DNA from: a virus
Taxonomy: Duplodnaviria > Caudoviricetes
Length of the DNA stretch: 51,358 nt
Reading direction: 5' to 3' (one strand)
IMG/VR virus record: IMGVR_UViG_3300017909_002098
Location: 1-51,358 of that record
Positions 45,511 to 51,358 of the stretch are shown in pieces. The position numbers were made by a program, and so were the translations under genes. Each line of letters begins with the position of its first letter. Positions within the stretch are counted from its first letter, which is position 1. Below the pieces are notes generated by a model. That model saw only the letters and a program-made list of their open reading frames with translations. It was not told where the DNA came from and did not search any database.

Positions 45511-46412
45511 TATGCCACCACATTAGTCCCTTTACCTCCAGGACCTACCATTTGATATGCACTATAAGCACCCACACCAGCCCCTATTGCTTGTGCAAAA
45601 GGATTAGTACCTGGTCCTGTAGTCTGTGTTACTTGTGAAGCAGCAGTTGGTAGTGTTGTCATAATACCTTTTGCAAACTCCATTCTTTGAAATGGTTCGT
45701 AGGTTCGTGCAACGTCTGTCGCTCTTTGTGCTGCTAAAGTTCTATCAGCTATTTGTCTTTGTAACGCACCTGCCTGACCTAATTGAGTTATATCTTGTTG
45801 AGCTGCAACTTTTTGTTGAGCTGCTGCACCCATCAATGATTTTCCTGTACTTAATGCAGCAGCAGTTTGAAATTTTTGTTGTGCTTGAGCTGCACCTAGA
45901 GCTTGTTGAAAACCAGTAGCTTGTAATTGTCCAATAGTGCCTAGTCTTCTTTGCTCCATTTCTGCACGAGCCACACCTTCTCTACCACCACCAAAAGCAC
46001 CTGCTCCAATAGCTTGTGCTGATAATTCATTTTGTTTCATTGCTGCTTGTCTGTTAACTTCATCAATAACATATCTTTGGTATGGATTCATAAAAGCATC
46101 TATGTCAGGTTGTGATGTAGCTATGAGATTGCCTTGTAGTATAGAACCAATACCTGCTGTTAAAGTTGGATCTCCTACACCTGTTTCACCTGCCTTTTCA
46201 AAAGCTCGTTGTTCTAAAGGACTTGGACCTGCTACTTCGTAAGCTGGAACTTCAATAGGTTGTGAAGCTAATTTCATAGCCTCATCGTATAAGGCTAGTT
46301 TTCTACCTTCAATCTCTGGAGCTTCTCTAGTAATGTTTGTTTGTGTTCCAGTTTGGGCACCACCGCCGCCGCCACTGCTGCCGCCACCGCCACCTCCGAA
46401 GATAAAACTCAT
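45510..46412 (-). CDS. Internal virion/DNA transfer protein
   Basis: Poly-Gly N-terminus; FMNPYQRYV, AGAFGGGR; Gln/Ala-rich. Confidence 0.7.
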   Translation of the reverse strand: MSFIFGGGGGGSSGGGGGAQTGTQTNITREAPEIEGRKLALYDEAMKLASQPIEVPAYEVAGPSPLEQRAFEKAGETGVGDPTLTAGIGSILQGNLIATSQPDIDAFMNPYQRYVIDEVNRQAAMKQNELSAQAIGAGAFGGGREGVARAEMEQRRLGTIGQLQATGFQQALGAAQAQQKFQTAAALSTGKSLMGAAAQQKVAAQQDITQLGQAGALQRQIADRTLAAQRATDVARTYEPFQRMEFAKGIMTTLPTAASQVTQTTGPGTNPFAQAIGAGVGAYSAYQMVGPGGKGTNVVA

Positions 46413-46747
46413 TTTATTTCCTTTCTAAGTAATACTGCTTTTTTTTCATACCCTGGTAAAGCTCTTTCCCAACCACTCCTACCTAATATATCAATACAAT
46501 TGTAATATCTAGATTTTGCATATTCTACTATTGCTTTTTCTATTTCAATAAGGTCTTTCAAATCACCCCCTGCTAAACCAATTCTAAGTGTATTTTTAAT
46601 TGATGCTGTAACTGCTGCACTCTTGTTTCTTTGAAATAATTGAAACTCACCTTTTTCCAAACCCTTCTCTATGTCTTCTCTAGAAGCTTTATCCCCTATC
46701 TTAGCAGCAGGTTCTAAAACTTCCCAAATTTCATCAGTAAGCTTCAT
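46409..46747 (-). CDS. Small protein, possible GNAT-like fold
   Basis: LRIGLAGG...ILGRSGWERAL; precedes ejection genes, as T7 gp13 does. Confidence 0.55.
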   Translation of the reverse strand: MKLTDEIWEVLEPAAKIGDKASREDIEKGLEKGEFQLFQRNKSAAVTASIKNTLRIGLAGGDLKDLIEIEKAIVEYAKSRYYNCIDILGRSGWERALPGYEKKAVLLRKEIK

Positions 46748-47580
46748 TAGCTCACCATATCATATATTCTCTTCAACTGATCTTGTTGGTTATAAAAAAA
46801 CTTTGCACCTACTTTTCTCATTTCTTTAAAATCTTTAGGATCTGCTCCACCCATAATACCAGCACCTAATACTGCATCAGCTCTACTAACAAACTCTCCA
46901 TCCGCTAATTGTGCAAGCATTGTATCTTTGTCTTTATCTGCCATATCAGTAGCATCTTCAATATAGCCAGATGCTCTCACATAATTTGTTGTATCTTTTT
47001 CGTCATGATCTAATTTACTTGGTAGATATTGAACTCCACCACCTTCTCTAAATTTAGGTATTGCTTCTACTATACCACCTTTTGAGAAAGCATAATTTTG
47101 ATTAGGTTGACTGTAATCATATAAATTTGCGAATTGTTGGTTAGGTTGTCCATAATCAAATCTATCTCCTAACCCTTTGACTTGTTCTCTACCTTTAGAA
47201 TATTCCATAGCATATTCACTCTCATCAAATAAAGGGCCTACTTTATCTGTTTGTTCAGGACTCATCATCATCAATGGTGCTGTTACCGCTGCTGTTCCTG
47301 CTATTTTAGCTCCTTTAGCAGATAAACCTAATGTTTTTGCTAAACCTGTTTGAACTCCAGGATTAGCTGCTGTACTCATCATTGTTCCTGAAGCTGTTTG
47401 CACACCACCTGTAACTCCTGCACCTCCTAAAACACTAGGTGCTGCGTATCCTGCACCAGTTCCTAGTGCTGCACCTATCATCATATTTTTTAACATATCT
47501 CTATTTGATCCACCTGAGGCCTTTGTGTATAGTGCCCCGATACCTGCTCCGATTGCCATAGCTAAAACTGGAAATGCCAT
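46747..47580 (-). CDS. Internal virion protein
   Basis: Gly/Ala hydrophobic N-terminus; DTMLAQLADGEFV motif; AGGAG RBS. Confidence 0.6.
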   Translation of the reverse strand: MAFPVLAMAIGAGIGALYTKASGGSNRDMLKNMMIGAALGTGAGYAAPSVLGGAGVTGGVQTASGTMMSTAANPGVQTGLAKTLGLSAKGAKIAGTAAVTAPLMMMSPEQTDKVGPLFDESEYAMEYSKGREQVKGLGDRFDYGQPNQQFANLYDYSQPNQNYAFSKGGIVEAIPKFREGGGVQYLPSKLDHDEKDTTNYVRASGYIEDATDMADKDKDTMLAQLADGEFVSRADAVLGAGIMGGADPKDFKEMRKVGAKFFYNQQDQLKRIYDMVS

Positions 47581-47610
47581 AATTGCTCCTATAGTAGTAT
47601 TTACTATAGT

Positions 47611-48441
47611 TTAACTGTTTTTATCTGGCTTATCAATACCCACAGCTACCATTTCATCTATTAGCCTTCCTGTGAATTGATGTTCACCAACATGGGTAAT
47701 ATATTCATTAATCAAAGCCATACATTTCCCCCCTATTTTTGTCCATAATCTTGAAAAAGCAAAGTCTTCTCCTAAATATAACTTTTCTTCAGGATCATAG
47801 TATGTATCAAAAAAATTATATAAGTTTTTACGAAGTTGTTTCTCTCCATCAATCATCGTTTCTTGTTTTATTGTCAAGTCTGGATATGCTTTTTTCATCT
47901 TTTCTAAAGCTTCTCTTTTAATCAATAAACAACCTGTCATAGAGTGCGATAGTTCAATCATACCATTCGTTACTGTAATATCATCCTCTTTGTCTTTAAT
48001 TCTAACAGGAAACATATTACCACTTGTTTTTGCTTGTGTAGAGTTCATACTTGGTATACCTCTCCACTTGTTTAAAACTTTGTCCCATTGTATTACTTTC
48101 ATAGGATATGGAATACTTAATACCTCTTGATCTTTTTCTATCATTTTAAATATAGAATCAGCATTAAATAATATATCACTGTCTATAAACAATAAGTGTG
48201 TATAACCAGAGTTTAAAAACTCGGATACACATAAATTTCTACCTTGTGTTACTAAAGATGATTTCATTAGCTGTAACATAATAGGTATTTTTTTCTCATT
48301 ACATTGTGCCTGTAATTTAAAAACTGATTGCATATAGTGTATGGACACTTCACTGTGTACTGGTGTAGCTACAAACAATTTTATTTTTTTATTATCTATC
48401 CAGTTTGCATCTGGTGTATATATGGGTTCATGATTTTGCAT
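47611..48441 (-). CDS. Glycosyltransferase, GT-A fold
   Basis: FVATP, SLVTQGRN, LLFIDSD (DxD), TGCLLIKR, GEDFAF, HVG. Confidence 0.8.
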   Translation of the reverse strand: MQNHEPIYTPDANWIDNKKIKLFVATPVHSEVSIHYMQSVFKLQAQCNEKKIPIMLQLMKSSLVTQGRNLCVSEFLNSGYTHLLFIDSDILFNADSIFKMIEKDQEVLSIPYPMKVIQWDKVLNKWRGIPSMNSTQAKTSGNMFPVRIKDKEDDITVTNGMIELSHSMTGCLLIKREALEKMKKAYPDLTIKQETMIDGEKQLRKNLYNFFDTYYDPEEKLYLGEDFAFSRLWTKIGGKCMALINEYITHVGEHQFTGRLIDEMVAVGIDKPDKNS

Positions 48442-49357
48442 TTAGCACTCCTTGTAAAAAACTTGTCCACTCTAATTTCTTCTTTTCCCAATTGTAAAAT
48501 CTTTTAACAAAGTTTTGTTGTGTTTTTAGATGATCAAGAACCTCTGGCTCGTGAAGCGTGGATACTGCACCACGAATAGCGTGAGCGAAAGCAGTAGCTA
48601 AATTACGATAATTTTTATCATAGGTTACATAAACAGGAAACTCGGAGCAGGTTTCATACAAAGCACCAAAGTTTGTAACTATACACATCAATCCTGCTGC
48701 CATAGCTTCAAGAGCTGCATTACAACTTGTTTCTTCCCATATACTAGGGTACGCAAACATATGGTAGCGATATATATATTTTTGTATAAAAGAATGATCT
48801 TTATAACCTATATAATTAACATTTTCCAATTTTCTTGCTTGTTCGTACAAAGGCTCATAAATATGTTCATTTGCTTTTTCAAAATCTTCACCATATATTT
48901 TACAACTACTAAATACATCTAGATGCACATTACAATCTTTTAATTGTTGCATAGCTCCTAATAATACATTTAACCCTCTCCAAGGAGTGACGTGAAATAA
49001 CATACGAACCATATCCCCTTCTTTGTAAGGTAATATTTCTGGAAAGTTAGTTACACCGTTTTTAATAACGTGACATTTATGTGTAGGCACATCAAACTTA
49101 TATCTAAATTTTTCATAGTTCCAATGTGAGTTAAAAACATACCAATCAAATTTATCGTGATTACTTTTATCTTCAAACCAAGGATAAATGTTTGGTTGAT
49201 CGTAGCTATTTTTTTGCCATAAAATATTAATTTTGTCTTCTAAGATAGGCACCTTACCTGGTATGGATGTACAAATTTGAAAGTTGGATAATAATTTCTC
49301 ATCTACATAATGTGACAAAAAATGATGCTGTAATTCTGTTCCACCCCTAGGTAACAT
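48428..49357 (-). CDS. Glycosyltransferase, GT-B fold (GT4-like)
   Basis: GGTE, VIKNG, PWRGL, YPSIWEETSCNAALEAMAAG. Confidence 0.88.
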   Translation of the reverse strand: MLPRGGTELQHHFLSHYVDEKLLSNFQICTSIPGKVPILEDKINILWQKNSYDQPNIYPWFEDKSNHDKFDWYVFNSHWNYEKFRYKFDVPTHKCHVIKNGVTNFPEILPYKEGDMVRMLFHVTPWRGLNVLLGAMQQLKDCNVHLDVFSSCKIYGEDFEKANEHIYEPLYEQARKLENVNYIGYKDHSFIQKYIYRYHMFAYPSIWEETSCNAALEAMAAGLMCIVTNFGALYETCSEFPVYVTYDKNYRNLATAFAHAIRGAVSTLHEPEVLDHLKTQQNFVKRFYNWEKKKLEWTSFLQGVLNAKS

Positions 49358-49674
49358 TAAGCACCATACTCTAATAATATCTCTTCGTTCTTTTTAATTT
49401 TTCGTGTAGTAAAAACATTGTAAATTAAATAATCATCCCAATCTCTAGTAATTTGTAAAACACAATTTGCATTTTTTGAATGATTTATAAAACCACCTAA
49501 AGGAGTTCTTATGTATTCTAGTATCATAGGCACTTTAATATGTGTAGAACCTAAATCCATATTTTTTTTAATTTGAACGTTTGCAAAAATACCGTGTCCG
49601 TGAATATCGCTTTTTCTTATTGATAAATTATCAGGTAGAGGATTGTAATAAAATTTATTATATTTTATCTTCAT
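49357..49674 (-). CDS. Minimal SET-domain protein
   Basis: IHGHGIFA, GFINHS, EEILLEY. Confidence 0.85.
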   Translation of the reverse strand: MKIKYNKFYYNPLPDNLSIRKSDIHGHGIFANVQIKKNMDLGSTHIKVPMILEYIRTPLGGFINHSKNANCVLQITRDWDDYLIYNVFTTRKIKKNEEILLEYGA

Positions 49675-49865
49675 TTTTTAGTATCAGACTCTAAAGACAA
49701 AGCTTCTGGCGGCACAATGACTTTAATGTCAGTAACTATATCCTCTTGTTTTGTATCCGTATTAGGGTTATTAACATCGTGTTCAGCGTCTTCTTTAGTA
49801 GCATAAACCAAATTACTTTTTTTGTTTCTATAAACTTCTTCAGTTGTACATTGTATTTTTTTCAT
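49671..49865 (-). CDS. Hypothetical protein
   Basis: 64 aa, coupled to the SET gene. Confidence 0.65.
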   Translation of the reverse strand: MKKIQCTTEEVYRNKKSNLVYATKEDAEHDVNNPNTDTKQEDIVTDIKVIVPPEALSLESDTKK

Positions 49866-49896
49866 TTGTAAAATATCCCATATTTATGAATAATTT

Positions 49897-50562
49897 TCAA
49901 CAAATATTTATCCACTCTCTAGTTTGAGGAGGATCATCTACATCTTTCGACATAGGAAAACTTATAGATAATCTTTTTGATATAGATGTTGCTTGATGAA
50001 CTATATTTTTAGGAATGTATATTACATCTCCTTCATTTAAAATAATATCTATCATAGGTTTTTTATCTGTAATTACTTGACGTTCTCCTTCATACAAATA
50101 CACATCCCATATTTTAAAATTAGTTTGACCAGCTACTTGCACGATTATGTTATCTGATCTATCCCAGTGTTTATTTAAGCTTGTATTTTTTTCTCCTATG
50201 TGTAAATCAAAATAAATATGTGCATCTACAGCAGCTTTGTTTTGTTTTTCTAAATAATCACATATTGTATTAATATTTTTATTAGCTCTAGACATATCAG
50301 AAATCCAACATACTCCTTGTTCTATAACTGGTTTTATACAATCTGCTGGTATAGATTTATGATCGCTAACCCAAGGTGAGGATTGCCATCTTATATTATT
50401 ATGATCAGCTGTCGTGTGAAATCTGTCCACGTTTGTAAGTGGTCTTATGTTTATTAAAGTTTCTAGTTCTTTCCAACTAAACAAATCGTAACAAACCTTT
50501 TCTTTATAGTTTGGTTTATTTTCTTTTATACAATCTAATATTTTATGTAAGCCAAGTGACAA
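49897..50562 (-). CDS. JmjC/cupin-4-like 2OG oxygenase
   Basis: HWD...IIVQVAGQTNFKIW...GDVIYIPKNIVHQA...RLSISF. Confidence 0.8.
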   Translation of the reverse strand: MSLGLHKILDCIKENKPNYKEKVCYDLFSWKELETLINIRPLTNVDRFHTTADHNNIRWQSSPWVSDHKSIPADCIKPVIEQGVCWISDMSRANKNINTICDYLEKQNKAAVDAHIYFDLHIGEKNTSLNKHWDRSDNIIVQVAGQTNFKIWDVYLYEGERQVITDKKPMIDIILNEGDVIYIPKNIVHQATSISKRLSISFPMSKDVDDPPQTREWINIC

Positions 50563-51106
50563 TGCTATATCTGCACCCTTTCGTTATAGTAGTAACTTGA
50601 TGAGGATATAAAAAATTACTTGGAAATAAAATTATATCTCCTGCTTTTAAATCTGGTTTAGAATATGGTTGGTCATTTAAAGGATTAAAAAACACTACAT
50701 CTCCACCTTCATATTTTTCATTTAAATTTATAATTATAGATATAGTTCTGTTAAGAGCAGCAGCATGATCAACGTGTTTAATGTAAAAATGACCCTTTTC
50801 GTATTTTAAAAGATTTACTTCGTGCAAATGCAATCTTCCTAAAAATTTAAAACGTTTTGAAAATTCCAACATAGCCTCTTTAACAGCATTTTCTACTATT
50901 TTAAAATATGGAGGAGCACCATAATCATTAGGATTTAACCAATGGGATAAAACATTTCTTGTCTTAGTTTCAGTTATAGGTTTACCATGTTTACTCATAA
51001 CTTCTGCTTTTGTCTTACAATGTTTATCCATATAAGAAATCATTTTTTTACAATCTTTTAATGATATAACTTTTTTAATGTGAAAAAGGGCTTGATGAAT
51101 TTGCAT
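50543..51106 (-). CDS. 2OG-Fe(II) oxygenase, prolyl-4-hydroxylase-like
   Basis: LLKY...HVD...YEGG...FPSNFLYPHQV...RYSIVTW; start moved to ATG 51106 (TAATG coupling). Confidence 0.88.
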   Translation of the reverse strand: MQIHQALFHIKKVISLKDCKKMISYMDKHCKTKAEVMSKHGKPITETKTRNVLSHWLNPNDYGAPPYFKIVENAVKEAMLEFSKRFKFLGRLHLHEVNLLKYEKGHFYIKHVDHAAALNRTISIIINLNEKYEGGDVVFFNPLNDQPYSKPDLKAGDIILFPSNFLYPHQVTTITKGCRYSIVTWLT

Positions 51107-51224
51107 TATCCGTTTGAATCCGATCGATTTATTTCTAAGATAGCACAAGTACCTTCAAAAACATTACCAGTATCTGCTTGAAGTTGTAACTTGTCGTTTT
51201 CTTCTAATATAATAGTACCATCAG
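51106..51224 (-). pseudogene. 3' fragment of a small structural gene, cut at an inversion junction
   Basis: DGTIILEENDKLQLQADTGNVFEGTCAILEINRSDSNG*; no start, in-frame TGA at 51241-51243. Confidence 0.65.
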
Positions 51225-51358
51225 GGTCAAGAGCTATTGTTCAAAATATACACGTTGCTAATGTTGGTTCAGGTAACCACGAAATAAAAGCTTTTATATA
51301 CGATAATTCTGTAACAACAGCTTTTCAGTTTGCAGAGCATACGGTAAATTCTGGTAAC
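51215..51358 (+). other. Inverted upstream fragment, probably of the same gene
   Basis: Open + frame VPSGSRAIVQNIHVANVGSGNHEIKAFIYDNSVTTAFQFAEHTVNSGN to the window end. Confidence 0.6.

Noticed and set aside
46355-46400. GC-rich CCG/CCA repeat
   Set aside because: Simply encodes the poly-Gly N-terminus of the internal virion protein.
1-51358. tRNA genes, integrase, RNA polymerase or stop-codon reassignment
   Set aside because: No cloverleaf or corresponding motifs were seen by eye; standard-code ORFs tile the window densely. tRNAscan-SE was not run.

Overview
A large part of an AT-rich dsDNA tailed phage genome with podovirus-like architecture, almost entirely encoded on the minus strand. 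The gene set comprises a major capsid protein starting MAISRSQLVKELEPGLNALFG, GroES, family A DNA polymerase, SF1 and SNF2 helicases, a primase, an M15 endolysin, large ejection proteins, 2OG-Fe(II) oxygenases and glycosyltransferases. From recall, this resembles marine HTVC023P/vSAG 37-F6-type pelagiphages (inference, not searched). Modules left to right: tail and adaptor genes; small basic proteins and lysis; capsid, scaffold and GroES; portal; TerL; a repeat-punctuated early region (19.6-23 kb); resolvase and TerS; an iteron-like region; replication genes; internal virion proteins; a modification-enzyme cluster. No integrase, RNA polymerase, tRNA or CRISPR array was seen. Main observations: (1) four promoter-gene cassettes separated by conserved TTTCCC...AACGGGAACGGG modules; (2) a candidate + strand sRNA whose exposed seed is complementary to the AAACGGAG ribosome-binding site shared by all four cassette leaders; (3) a palindromic TTATCSGATAA operator at several promoters; (4) a recurring x-x-x-GG-hydrophobic tag and shared C-termini across late proteins; (5) an unannotated peptide that copies the capsid N-terminus; (6) an inversion junction at the right end, probably an amplification chimera.
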